A stretch of 64,000 nt of DNA, from IMG/VR virus record IMGVR_UViG_3300020161_000678, positions 1,232 to 65,231 of that record; one strand, 5' to 3'. Within the stretch, counting starts at the first letter, position 1, and each line of letters starts with the position of its first letter. The notes below the pieces were generated by a model. It worked only from the letters and a program-made list of their open reading frames with translations. It ran no database searches and was not told the DNA's origin. The stretch is from a virus. Taxonomy: Duplodnaviria; Caudoviricetes. This document shows positions 48,373 through 60,637 of this stretch, piece by piece. A program made the position numbers and the translations under genes.

Positions 48373-48768
48373 ATGAGTATATCCGCTGCGGTTATCTGCA
48401 TGTCGCTTGCACTCTATCATGAGGCTAGTAATCAACCGATAGAAGGTCAAGCTCTTGTAGCTCAGGTTATTTATGACAGAGCACAAGGTCATACAGATAA
48501 CATTTGTAAGGTCGTGAAAAAACCAGGAAAGTTTTCACCGAAAATACGAAAATCTTTATTTAAACATCTTAGATTAAAAGAGTTTGAATTGGCAAAAAGA
48601 ATTTCAATGAACGTGATTAGAAGAGGAAGACTTGCTTCTGTCACACACTTTCACACAACCAAGGTTCATCCTAGATGGGCTACTGATAAGAAACATTTCA
48701 AAAGGATTGGAAGAGTTGAGGATCATATTTTTTATGCGAGACTAGACGATGGTGAGAGATACTTTTAA
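48373..48768 (+). CDS. SleB-like cell wall hydrolase (Hydrolase_2)
   Basis: LALYHEA.NQPIEGQALVAQV..DR, CKVV...FS, THFH...V.PRWA, EDHIFY. Confidence 0.85.
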   Translation: MSISAAVICMSLALYHEASNQPIEGQALVAQVIYDRAQGHTDNICKVVKKPGKFSPKIRKSLFKHLRLKEFELAKRISMNVIRRGRLASVTHFHTTKVHPRWATDKKHFKRIGRVEDHIFYARLDDGERYF

Positions 48769-49419
48769 CATGGGGATCCAGAAGCTTGATAAGACTGACT
48801 GGGACCTTGTCACTAATGAAGATGGTACTATTAATCTTCTAGACTTTCTTTCTATGGTTCAGGTTAGATTGAACATAGCATTAGTAAAGGAGCAAGACTT
48901 TGCTACCTCATTCGCTATTATTCAGTCTTTGGAGGAGTTGCTAGGACCGTTCAATAAAGATCAAGCAATTTCTATTGCAATAATGTACGCCTTAGCAAAA
49001 TGAGATGATATACTTTGGATGCTTTCTATTAATTTAACTTTGAGGATCTTAAGATGTCTGCAAAAATTGTTATGACCATTCAGAAACCAGCAGGTGGTAC
49101 TCCTGTAGTTGGGGCGAAAGTCACACTCCGGGACACCGTAAGAGCTGTCATCGGCGTAGGTAGAACAGATGCTACTGGTAAAGTAGAATTTAATGTACCT
49201 GCATTAACCAGTAAAGATATTAATCCAGAATTTGGATTTCCAGTTCCTACTGTGAGAAAAGGTATCTTCGCACAGATTCACGGCACTGGCTTTACCACAC
49301 CTGTAGATGTTGCCGCAACAGGCACTTATACAGCCACCTTCATTTTCTTGGTTGACCCACCTACTGCTGCGACTAACGTCCCAGTAGCGCCCACAGGCGC
49401 TGGATGGGTTATTACCTAA
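48749..49419 (+). other. Two hypothetical proteins (48749-49003, and 49054-49419 with an Ig/prealbumin-like beta fold)
   Basis: Second ORF has PVVGAKVTL...GRTDATGKVEF. Confidence 0.5.
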
Positions 49420-49436
49420 TCTGGTTTAAGAAAGAT

Positions 49437-49476
49437 AAAAAAACCTCGGTAGCTATTAAAAACTACCGAGGTTTTA
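49437..49476. terminator. Bidirectional intrinsic terminator between convergent genes
   Basis: AAAACCTCGGTAG/CTACCGAGGTTTT stem with A- and T-runs. Confidence 0.8.
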
Positions 49477-49508
49477 AACTCACCCACTTTATGTCTATTT
49501 GCGAAGCA

Positions 49509-52263
49509 TCAAATAGGATTCAATGGTACATCAACCCTCATCGCCTCGTCAACTTCATTTTTAACGGCAGGCAAGATGTAGTCAAAAGAATCCCAATAAA
49601 ATTCCTTATTACCTGTTATGTACTTATTCCTGTGGTATCTGGAAGCATTAAAGTGCATTGTAAAATCTTCCAATGATTTGGTAACGTGGAACTTGATATA
49701 GAACCACCCCTCATAATTACCCCACTCATTCATGGCATGGAAACCGATTTCACAAACAAATCCATGTTTAGCAGTTTCACGCACTTCCCACTTGCCATCC
49801 CAACCGCTGCCATGCAGAAGCCTGTTCAAAGCATTCTGCACAAATACTTCTTTTAGTGACATATCAATACTCCGATGGAAGTAACATCACACCTGAAGTG
49901 TAATAGAATTTGTAGCTGCCTTCTGGCAGGTCAGTGAAGTCAATGTTCTTTTCAAACATGACAGCCTCATCACCATGCTGATCGTATGTTCTGCCTCTGA
50001 TTACAGCCTTTGAATCTTTCGACTCAACTTCAACCACGAAGAAGTTGTCACCTTCTTTATTAGTCCAATATTTTGCCTTTGCAAAAAACTCTGTAGCCAG
50101 TATATCAAGTAACCAGTAGCACTCACCTGCTTCTAAAAACCATTTGAATCCATCTGTGTACTTGAACAAAGGATTAAATCCATATCCATAATACTGTTCT
50201 GTTCCATAAAACTGTTCCATTCCTGATTGTAATGCACCTGAAGTCATCATAAACTTATCTCCTAATCAACAAAAAACCCCTGACACAAAGATTGCCTGTG
50301 CCAGGGTTACTTATGGGTACTACAAACTATTTCAAGTGAGCCTTAAGCTCGGCTTTCAAATTCTTTGCATTGCCACCTCTGAAGCTGCTGGCATTGCTGA
50401 GGAAGTACAGAATGATTGAGCTGGCACTATCAGCTCCATACATGCTGTTCTTATCTTGTAAACTAAGCATCGCATTTAGATATGGTGATGCCGTGTAATG
50501 CACCTTAGTCCACTCATTAAATATGTCAGAAGCTATTCTGTGAATCGGTCTTTTTTGAACTGCTGTGGTCATAAACTTATTCCTTATCAACTATTTAACA
50601 TGGTTTATTATAGCGTAAAGCGTAACTGAAAAACAGACTCAATCACCGCTATCAATCGTATATTGATCTCCGCACTCAAGACATTGGTATCGGTTGATAC
50701 CTCTGTTGGTGCTGTAGATATTACGGTAATTATGGGTGCATGGTTTCGCCCTACCGTTGTTGTGAACGATCCCTGTAGGTCTGCCGAACTGATACTGCCC
50801 ACCGCAATTGCGGCAATCTTGAATTACTATATCTTTGTTCCACGAATACTTCTTTTCTTCTTCTGTAAGTGGAACCACTTTCTTACCTTCGCATACTGGA
50901 CATATGCCATGTGTTGTCCAATCTGCTATTAATCTTGTTGCATCAGACTCACCAACCGAGAACTCATCCATAAATTCATACTGCATTATTTCCATTGGCT
51001 CATTGACTAATGAATCCAAGTATAAAACCATCTCTACTGTAAGCGTTTTGCCTGGCATAAATTTCTCCAACTTGTTGTTAAGTAAAGCTTATTTTATGAT
51101 AAATGGCACGACAATACAAGATCGTCACACAAAAAAAAGCCACTGGTTTGACCCAATGGCTTGAAAGTATTTTTAGGAGAAATACTTATGAAGATATAAA
51201 AATGAAAATAGAAAAGTTCAACCTGTATGGTATCATCTTTTATTCAGTTCTACCACTCATTGCATGAGTATTTCTGTTGTTCTGTTTGCCACGATTGAAA
51301 TTCCATGTCAACCGAGCCTTGAAGTCATCTGTTGCTCTGTCAATATCAGCTTGCATATAACCTTGATACCCGTCATACGACTCATACGCACAGTCACAGC
51401 CTTCAACATGGAATATGATGAACTTCAATAGATCACGATACATGCTTCTTGGCATCATGAAGCTGCCTGTTGCATTGTTCTTACTATTCCAGTTCTTGAA
51501 CACTGACATGTCACTGAGTCCTAAAAACTCTTTAATGATTTGCATGCCTTGTTCATTCAAGTCGCACAAGATACGAAGTGCGTATGGATCGGCTTCACCT
51601 GTCAGCCACATAATGCCATAACGTTCCAAATCTTGGGTTGACTGCATGTTTATTCTTTTTTCTGCGCTCATCGACGTACTCCTAATTAAATGTAAATTTC
51701 AACAGCTTTTGCTGAGATGTCTTCACTGTCTAACTCTTTCAATATATCCATCAGACATTCTTCAGATAACACTACGACAGGATGCATCCATGGCTTTGTC
51801 TCAGTATCTTCAAACAAATGGCTCGGCACATTCTTTTTAAAGTTTGTGCCAGTGTAGAACCGACCATCCTCATGCTTGATTAACCATGCTTTCATAAACT
51901 TGTTCCTTATCAACTATTTAACATGGTTTATTATAACCAAAAGCAAAAGCCAATCATAGATCAAACTGCAACCATTTTCGATAACTTGTTTAAATAGTAT
52001 TCGATTTGTTCTACTGTTAGCCAACAGGAGTAGTCTTGATTAGGTTCGTCAGAGTAGACGTCAGATTCATCTAGATAGTCGGTAAGTTGAATGTAGGAGC
52101 GATCTAGAACGATGACATGGAACAGATGCTCTTCTTTAACGCATGTGTCCCAGTGTTGAGAAATTACTACAGATATTCCGTTTAAAAATGTAACTCCAGC
52201 TTTCTTAGCACATGTGTCGCTAAGATCCTTCCACTTCATTACATTGAGTGATCTTCTGCTCAT
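49509..52263 (-). other. Short early-gene-like ORFs in promoter/terminator cassettes
   Basis: ORFs 49509-49862, 49864-50250, 50327-50572, 50639-51070 (Zn ribbons), 51240-51671, 51686-51895, 51961-52263; terminators at 50271-50308, 51131-51162 and 52279-52316. Confidence 0.6.
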
Positions 52264-52357
52264 AAGCAGCCTGTATTCAAAAAAATGGATTAAGACTATC
52301 CGTTATCTTAATCCATAGCTATTTGTAAGCAACATCCGCATCTATTGCTTAATTCTT

Positions 52358-52741
52358 TTAGTAAATCTTTAATATTTTCTGTAGCACTGATTTCATTAAG
52401 ACAGCAGCGAATATAGATACAAACGCTGTCATCAGATCAACCAAGACCGCAACAAAATAGGCAGGATACCAAACAGTTACCACATCTATTAAATGCGTCA
52501 CACCACACAGGAAAATGAAGGTGATGAACAAATCTTCAATTGATCGAAAATCAGGATAAAGATTCATTCGTCTTATCTTAAATATCATAAATGATATCCA
52601 AAAATAGGCTAGTGCTGTCGCAATGTTTGATCCAGCAAAAATAGAGATTAACGGTACATTCCATTGAAAACAAAATCCATGAGGCATAAACACGTTTGAT
52701 GCCTCTATCAGATCCTTTACAGGATTAGTTAACAGTTCCAT
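52358..52741 (-). CDS. Stand-alone ethylene-receptor-like transmembrane sensor domain
   Basis: FMPHGFCFQW, ALAYFWI, FIFLCGVTHL (ETR1 CGxTH Cu site), VWYPAY, TAFVS; no kinase domain. Start MELLTN (GAGG RBS). Confidence 0.78.
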   Translation of the reverse strand: MELLTNPVKDLIEASNVFMPHGFCFQWNVPLISIFAGSNIATALAYFWISFMIFKIRRMNLYPDFRSIEDLFITFIFLCGVTHLIDVVTVWYPAYFVAVLVDLMTAFVSIFAAVLMKSVLQKILKIY

Positions 52742-54055
52742 CGGAACCTTCCTCGAGCTTGTTTCCAAACTCATCAAACTCATCAGCATCTTCAATGAAG
52801 ATCCCTTCAAGCAAGTTTACACTTAAGATGGATGTGTCATCGAAGAACACTACAATAGGAGAGCCCATACCTATTGCATTCTGGACAGCTATTTTAGCAT
52901 CGTAAAACGAGACGTCCATGGTAGTAACTTTTTCTTTCTGAAAAACTCTTATCGACATAAAACCCCCAAATAATAAAACCCACAGTTTATATAATATCTA
53001 TGGCAGACACAACATATTTATTGCAGAATGTCAATTAAGGATTGAAGTTTCCGATAATATCAGGGAACGGAACACGGTTCTTCCAATGGCTGTGTAACGT
53101 TCTTGCTTGTGACTCTAGGCTTACAATGCGTTTGTCTTTAAGTAAGAGCACTTCATTGAGAGTTGCTAGTGTTTCTTTCAAGTCAGCGACCTCACTGTTC
53201 AGAAGATCAACGGTTTCGACTAACTCTTGCACGTTTAAGGCTAAGGAATTCATGTTGGGTACTCCGTTTAGTTTGCTATTCATATATAATGGTATAAAAT
53301 GGTTAAAAGTCTGGGAAATCAAATAGTTAAGCTATTCAAGATCCTATTCATGGGTGGGGTTTGATGTTATGGTTAAAATCTTCTGACGGATTTCGTCATC
53401 AGTAAGAGTGTCATTGTTAATGCCTTCAGCATATGTCCACACTCCATCTGGAGCTATAAGAATTTCATCACTTGATCCAGTATCAGGATTTCTTGAAATA
53501 GTAAGACCTAAAGGATGAAGTAGTTCTTTATTTATTCTGTAAAGCAGTCCCAATTCAGAGAGCTGATTCCAGTTTATTGATTTAATTTCAGACATATTAT
53601 TTCCTTGGTTTGATGAGTCTGTTTAGTTGACTTTTTGTGTATAAAGGCAACCATTCTGATTCTGGTAACTTTCTAGCCCAGTGTTCTGTGTCAGTTCCGT
53701 CAATACAGACTATAAAGTGATAGTATACATCTTTATATGGAATTGTGATTTCCCATTGTACTCGTCCGTACAGATGTTCTGGAGTAATGAATTTTTCATC
53801 TGGTTCTAGTATATCTACCATGTAAAAAGTAACATACGAGAACATGCCAGAATACGTTCTGTCTCTAAGGTTACAGTGCCAAGGCATTGAACTTATCTTT
53901 TTTATTATTTTTCCAGATATTTCATGTAATTCTGAAACAGAAAGGTTTCTAGCTTTTCCAAAATCCTTAACCTTAAGAGGCATCACCTCGTTTGGAAATC
54001 TTTCTTCATACATAGTTATTGAAAAATAATAGCCTTTGGATTTATTAGTTGCCAT
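52725..54055 (-). other. Four hypothetical proteins
   Basis: ORF track 52725-52958, 53035-53322, 53344-53595, 53597-54055. Confidence 0.5.
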
Positions 54056-54056
54056 G

Positions 54057-54848
54057 TTACTTCCTTGGTTTAATGTTTAAAAGAGGTCTTGGTTTGATAG
54101 GTAGTTTTTCTTTGCTTTCTACCAACTTCTTTTTAAATCTAAACTCAAATCTATCGGTTTTACCTCTTACAAGAACTGACCTCCATCCGATTACATAGAT
54201 TTCAGATTCTGCATTTATTTCTTTTATTGCCGGTTCTATCACTCTTTTTACAAAATCACACACTTCTGGATATTTAGTTCCAATATCAAGTAGTTCTCTT
54301 AATAACGAATACTTCAGAACTAGATATCCTGTGTCAATGAATTGCAGAAGATATTCACACAAGACCATAGAGTATTCGCCTTTCATGTAGGCTACATTCT
54401 CAAAATCATAACTTGTGAAATTTCCTGTTTTAAGATGATACAAGTGAGGGATAATTTCGTTACCAAATCCTATAGTGATCGTTGATTCATCTTTATGATA
54501 GGTGACACCAGATAACCAGTGCATCTTAGTATGAGTAGATCCTGGTATGTTTGGATCAGGCTCAAAAATTGTTATCTCACGTTTAAACAATTGCTTCTCA
54601 GCATCCTTTAAGGCGTCATAGGCATTGTTTATATGAATTCCTGTGCGTTCAGCAAATTCTTTTGCCGTAACAGTAAAGGTTGTCTTTATTACAGGATCAT
54701 TGGGATTTATCTTACCTACACATATTGAGAGTAGTTTCCTTTCATTAGGTGAAATTTTACCAGTTGCTCTTAACAACTTGTTTGATTTTGTTACCACCAG
54801 TTTACCTTGATGGTATGGTGACAGACTTGCTAGTTCTTTCATAAACAT
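54057..54848 (-). CDS. Rep_3-family plasmid replication initiator
   Basis: VVTKSNKLL, SPNERKLL, AYDALKDA..QLF.R.I, HWLS...Y, IIPHLYHLK..FTSY, YSMVL.EYL.Q, LRELL, FVKRVIEPAIKEIN. Confidence 0.9.
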   Translation of the reverse strand: MFMKELASLSPYHQGKLVVTKSNKLLRATGKISPNERKLLSICVGKINPNDPVIKTTFTVTAKEFAERTGIHINNAYDALKDAEKQLFKREITIFEPDPNIPGSTHTKMHWLSGVTYHKDESTITIGFGNEIIPHLYHLKTGNFTSYDFENVAYMKGEYSMVLCEYLLQFIDTGYLVLKYSLLRELLDIGTKYPEVCDFVKRVIEPAIKEINAESEIYVIGWRSVLVRGKTDRFEFRFKKKLVESKEKLPIKPRPLLNIKPRK

Positions 54849-54950
54849 CTCCTAATTTATTTTAGAATCTGATTATACCCGACTAGCCTTAAACAGTCAA
54901 GGCACTTTTTATAAAATAGTTAAGTTATTGATTTACTTAGAAAATAGTTT

Positions 54951-55015
54951 CGCAACGTTCTTGACCGGGGTACGCAACGTTCTTGACCGGGGTACGCAAC
55001 GTTCTTGACCGGGGT
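54951..55015. repeat. Three tandem 22-bp iterons (putative origin)
   Basis: CGCAACGTTCTTGACCGGGGTA at 54951, 54973 and 54995 (last lacks the final A), next to an AT-rich stretch upstream of rep. Confidence 0.9.
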
Positions 55016-55057
55016 GAACGTCTGCAGGCCACGCCAGCCGTGGGATCCAGGCGCCTT

Positions 55058-55093
55058 ATAAACAAGCTTACAAACAAGATTACAAACAAGAGT
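55058..55093. repeat. Three tandem 12-bp AT-rich repeats (possible unwinding element)
   Basis: ATAAACAAGCTT ACAAACAAGATT ACAAACAAGAGT. Confidence 0.7.
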
Positions 55094-55656
55094 TTATTTA
55101 TTTTTAAATACTAGCGTATTGAAAAATACTCTTCATACGCAAGCGTAAGATCGCGCGAAGCGCAGATCATACTATTGCGTATGAATCGAGCGAAGCGAGA
55201 TACTGTATGTAATAAATTATAATAATACGCGCGAGAGATCTTCCAGGCACAAACTGAGCCACCTGCGGTGGCTTCTACCCACTCCAGCAGAGTTACGAAA
55301 CATCGCTTCGCTTGTTTCTCACACTCTGCTTGTAGTGTGCAGATTAAATTTCTTCTCAATTTGCCAGGTATAAATTTCAGACATAAAAAAACTCTTAACC
55401 AGTGCATGTTATTGCGGAACATACACCAATCAAGAGCTTTCGCTGGATCACCAGTTCTCAAATTATATCAACAAATTTTAGAATAACAAAAAACAAAATT
55501 ATGATCTTGATTTCATTCTGTTTTATTTCGTAAAATAATCATGGTTTCAAGCAATGTTAAGATCGTGGCAATGTAAGCCGTTTTAAGCCACGTTCCCTTG
55601 CTTGGTGCTACTACCGTATTGGTTGACTTGCTATCTCGCCGTGAACAGCCAGATTC

Positions 55657-58600
55657 TTGACAATCATTGCTATTTTTAAGCAGTATTTGAACAGCTTTCG
55701 TGAGGAAAGTATGGCAACAACATTATCTGACCTGATTTACAAGTTACAGGAGATACAAAAACTTGTACCAGAAGATGTGCCAATCTATGCCCGTGATCCA
55801 AACATCGAGTTTGATTTTGAGATCACAGATGTTGGTGCTGAAATTGGTGTAGAAGATGATCCAAGCTCCTACTATGTTGTGTTTGACATGGTTGAAGGCT
55901 AGCAGATGCAACAGTACGAGGTCAATGAGATTATTGAAGCGTTCCTGGCAGTATTCGGGGATGCTTCAGAACATGAGATCAACATGTTCACACCGAAGGT
56001 TTCGATCAGTGAGGCTAAAGCCATGATTGATCTGATACCAAAGGCACAACAATACTTGGCTGACAATCCAGCTAAGAAGCCTATGGCTTTAAAAAGGAGA
56101 TAGGTATGCAGAAAATTAGAATAAAGGATAGTTCTTCATGGTCACCTTCAGCTAGTCAGATTTTGAAAGACTGCGAATGTGTCTTACAAGAGATTGCCAA
56201 GTGTAGGGCACCAGATGGAACTAAGTGTGCGCCTAATGATGTGGATTTTGAAATGGTTGACGCTGCCTTGATGGGTATAGCGCAATACTTTATGGACAGG
56301 AGGATAGGCTGATGGGCTTTGAAGTTAATCCATTGCGAAAGTTGCCACTTGAAAGGTATATCGCTGCATTACAACGCAACAAGGCATTTATTGAGGACGG
56401 AATAGCATTATCCTTAGTTGACTCAAATGTCGTAGGAAACAAATATCTTTCTGCTTCTTGGGGTATGTGTAGCACTAGGCCTCAACTGTATCCTGACAAA
56501 GAAGATCACATCTGGCCTCAGCAATTCAAGCATGAGAACAGGTTTGCTCCAATTGAAAGACCTGATAAGTGTCCTATGGACAGACGTGACTCTGAAACTG
56601 TCAAAGGAACGTTAACAGGTTGCTACTACACCTGCCGACTCTTTAATCCTAGACATGGTGAGTCAAGACCAAACAGGGAGCAGGTAATAGAACTGTATGA
56701 CATTGAAATTAAAAGGCTTTTGAAACAATAATCTTGTAATCAGTGTGGCTTGTTTGTATAATAAGCCATGTTTTAACAACAACCGAGGAAACGAAATGAG
56801 GAACTTTGCATTAAGAAACAAACATCAATTCGACAGGCTTACAGACACCTGTAGGCAGGAAGTGGTGACGCATTGTAGAAGAGCTCTCGTTAAAGGAAAT
56901 GAAGTTTGCATCAGGGTTGAGGAATTTCATCCAGAAGAAAGTGACGAACTCATCATCTATGGCATGTACGAAAAAACGCCTGCAGAAGTGGAAAACTACT
57001 TCTCCAGCGGTGGTTCGTGGGAATATATCCACCCTGCCAAGTTGCTTGATAACATAGATATGGCAGATAAGATTGAAATTGTCACTGATTGGGACAGACA
57101 ATTGACCAAGGAAGTCTACGCAACATTAAGCGTTGAGCAGCAGGATGAGATAAAATACTTTCTGCTTGACGTTGATTGGGACCGTTATGTCTTTGTTGAC
57201 GTTTTTCAGTTAGAAAATGAACCGGATCTGTCCTATGAGTGCTTCAGTATATCAGAAGATGTTTATCACAGCTTTCTTGCTATGGGCGACACACGCCCAT
57301 TTTTAGATCCAAGAGTGATATTAGCTAACATTGGCATTGAAGAGCAAGACGAGGTATTAGAAGAATTCATAGAAGAAGATGTTGGTGAATCAACCGCTGA
57401 ACCAGCGGTGGATATCATTGTTGCGGGTAAGCATGTCACACATCTTCCTAGTGACACAACTACTGTTCCTTATCGACCGATTGGTCGAGATCTTGCTTGT
57501 TATGAGATATGGGTGGGTAATGATGAGTCAGGTTGGTCTGCTCTTGTTGAGCTTTACGCATGTAAAGATGGTCTTTGGGTTTGTTTCCCTCAGCCAGTAA
57601 AAGGCAACTTCAATTCGTACAAGGTGACAGATGCATCGCCTGAGTTCGTAAAAGGTGCGTACATCCGAGCATTGGAGCTGTAAAATGGTTATCTCAGGTG
57701 ATATAGATGAAATTGATAGAATGTTTGTTGGCACTACTTCATCTTTATACTATGAAGGAACAATGTCTAGACCTATATCACCTGAGGAGCTATCTCGCAT
57801 CTGTGTAGTAATTAAGCCGTATGAATCTATAAATTCATCAGTCTATGAAAGTATTTTAGATGCATCTGTTCAACCGAAGAAAAGGTATAAACCAACGCCT
57901 CTTGAGAGGCTTCAACAATCAAAGAAAGATAGGAATTTAAAATGACACAGGCAGCAACCATCATGTTAGGCATTACAGCATTTATTTTGCTGATCTTTGT
58001 TTACGCCACTCTTCTTGAACTTAAAAGGCGTCAGAAGCTGGTAAGCGAATTGGAAAAGGATCTTAAAGACTATGTGTCTATAGTAGACGCTCTTAAGATT
58101 GACAGAGACTCATGTCTCAATAGCAAGATTGATTTAAAACGTAGGGTTGACTATCTTGAAACAATTTTGGCTGAAATAAAGGGGATTGCAGATGTCGATT
58201 GATCCTGGTCATAGAATAGTTTGTGCCGCTATCAGAAATGATAAAGGCACAGTAATCTGCGGTGTGCGTCACTACGATACACTTATGCACACACAGATAG
58301 GCAACGACAAAACAAGCTACTGGCCTTGTTCTACAGTAGAGCAAGGGTTTGTAGACAATAAAGGTCAGTTCTTAACCAGAGAAGAAGCGTGGTCAGTGGC
58401 GTGGATGGCAGAACAAATCATTCGCCAAGTTGCCACATCTGGAACTCTTTACTCTGAAAACTTATATTGAGGTAGAGTCATGGGAACAAATTATTACTGG
58501 CACAACAGTCCATCTGACACACCTAAACACATAGGCAAGAGTTCATGTGGATGGTATTTTGCACTCAGAATTTATCCTGAGGATGGTATTGTCAATTTAG

Positions 58601-58860
58601 GCTTATGGATGAATCTGTTTACTAAACCTAATACTCACATTGAGGATGAGTACGGAAGATTCGTCACTGTTGATGAGATGCTAAAGACCATCTTGGAAAG
58701 AAAAGGTGGCTCATATCTCAAATGGGATAAGAAGAAGTTTGACGAGAACTACGCAGAACGAGGTGAGCATGACTTAGTTAGGTCTGTTCTATCAGATAGA
58801 TGCGCTGGTCATGCGCCTAATGGTGAGCCGTATTCTTACTTTATAGGGGAATTCTCATGA
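55657..58860 (+). other. Plus-strand cluster of hypothetical proteins
   Basis: ORF track 55657-55902, 55906-56103, 56106-56312, 56312-56731, 56745-57683, 57655-57945, 57942-58202, 58186-58470, 58480-58860. Confidence 0.55.
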
Positions 58861-59357
58861 GTATGAAGGTTAGAGGTGAAGTGTTCTTGACAAGCGACAC
58901 TCACATAGGTCACAGGCGTATTCTAGAATACCAGCCTAATAGATTGTTCAAGAGTATAGAGGAGCATGACAATCACATCTGTACTATGTGGAACAACACA
59001 GTCCCTCCTGAAGCAACAGTGTTTCATCTTGGAGATTTCTTTTTCTACCAGCGTCAGAAAGATTACTTGCGTAAGCTGAATGGTAACATTATCTTGATAA
59101 AAGGAAATCATGATAGCTTTAATCTGGGCATACCAACTCATGATCTTTTAGAGATCAATTATGAAGGTCAGTCAGTTGTTCTGTGTCACTATCCTATTGA
59201 GTCATGGAACAAAAGGCATCATGGTTCGTACCATTTCCACGGTCACACGCATGGAAGGCTAGGCGGCACACCGTTACGCAGGGACATTGGTGTAGATACC
59301 AATGCAGCACTAAGACCATACAACTTGAAGGAGCTTATCAATGACAAAAGAGCTTAA
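58857..59357 (+). CDS. Calcineurin-like metallophosphoesterase
   Basis: SDTHIGH, HLGDF, KGNHD, LCHYP, FHGHTH. Confidence 0.88.
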   Translation: MSMKVRGEVFLTSDTHIGHRRILEYQPNRLFKSIEEHDNHICTMWNNTVPPEATVFHLGDFFFYQRQKDYLRKLNGNIILIKGNHDSFNLGIPTHDLLEINYEGQSVVLCHYPIESWNKRHHGSYHFHGHTHGRLGGTPLRRDIGVDTNAALRPYNLKELINDKRA

Positions 59358-59892
59358 ACTGTCAGACGTGTCGAGTCCTTTACGTTTGAGAGTAACCAAT
59401 AGGAATCTAAGTCTGTTCTCAGTTAGAGACTTAATTGTTCATGCAGATGATTACTCATTTGATTTTGATGTCTACTTACCATCAAAGAAAATGAATCTTC
59501 AGCGCGATTTATGCTGGACTTTGTTACAGAAGCAAGAGCTTATCCTTTCAATACTAAAAGGACTTAGACTACCTCCTGTGTCTGTGATTCACAGAGATCA
59601 TACAAAATACTATGTGATAGATGGAAAGCAGCGTTTATGCACCATCTTGCAGTTTATTCACGGTGAGTTTGCATTAGAAGTTAACAATAACTTCTACTTC
59701 CTAAAGGATTTTGATGAGAATTGTAGATACAAGTTCATGTCATACGATATTGTAGGTGACGTAGCCTACGAATACACAGATGATGATCCTGTGCTGTTCT
59801 CAGATGATGATAAGATTCAATGGTTCACATTGCTTAATTTCAGTGGAACTCAGCAAGATAAAGCACACCTTAACAAGCTTACAAGGTGTTAG
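59341..59892 (+). CDS. DUF262 (ParB-like fold) protein
   Basis: LQRDLCWT..QKQELILSIL.G..LPP, YVIDGKQRL.TI, F..LN..GT. Confidence 0.75.
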   Translation: MTKELKLSDVSSPLRLRVTNRNLSLFSVRDLIVHADDYSFDFDVYLPSKKMNLQRDLCWTLLQKQELILSILKGLRLPPVSVIHRDHTKYYVIDGKQRLCTILQFIHGEFALEVNNNFYFLKDFDENCRYKFMSYDIVGDVAYEYTDDDPVLFSDDDKIQWFTLLNFSGTQQDKAHLNKLTRC

Positions 59893-59944
59893 ACTTTCTT
59901 AGCAAAAGTGCTATACTCATACTTTTGCAAGAAGGGGTAAGATC

Positions 59945-60637
59945 ATGGGTAAGATGTGGGCAATTGTTAACGCTCTTTATCAAGGCAGATCATTAGCTAA
60001 TCCTGCTGCGTGGAAGAACGTGCAGATTGGAACCAACGCTTTATTAGTAGTCTTAGGGTTGATTCCAGCATTTCTTCCTGAACTGGGTTGGACTGATTTA
60101 CAGATGGAGCGAATCGCGCAGGCTATCATGATTATAGGTGGTAGCGTTGTTAACGCCTATTTCACGGTGGCAACGTCAGATAAGGTTGGCATGGCTAAGA
60201 AAGCAAAATGAAACTCTTAGCACCAATCTTGTTCTGTGTTCTGTTGACTTCGTGTGAGTCTATAGTAAGGCCAATAGCGGTGATAGAGTGTGCCAAGTTT
60301 GGTGCTGAGATATTTCAATACAAAGGGGCTGAGTATTTATCTACTCAGTCATATCTTGAAATATATGTGAGGTGTAGGTATGAGTTTCGTAGAAACGTTG
60401 AAGTTACTGGTAACAATCCTACCTGTGCTGATTGATTTAATCAAGCATGTGGAAGACGCTATTCCAGGTAAAGGCACTGGTGAGCAGAAGTTGGCATTAG
60501 TAAGAGCGGCACTAGAGCAAGCATACACTTATGCTACTCCAGCACCGAACTTTGAGGCTATTTGGCCTGTATTGCAGAAGGTGATTATGTCAACAGTATC
60601 AGTCTTTAATACGACTGGTGTGTTTAAGGCAGTTTAA
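59945..60637 (+). other. Putative holin-like membrane protein (59945-60211) and two small proteins (60208-60435 with a lipobox-like LTSC, 60380-60637)
   Basis: Two hydrophobic helices and a basic C-terminus in the first ORF. Confidence 0.4.

Noticed and set aside
50573-51913. Shared MIRNKF N-termini as a protein repeat
   Set aside because: These are the duplicated leader/RBS read in frame; the real starts are the downstream ATGs at 50572 and 51895.
55111-55486. ORFs 55111-55461 (-) and 55268-55486 (+)
   Set aside because: Origin-flanking region with implausible composition and no RBS; probably non-coding.
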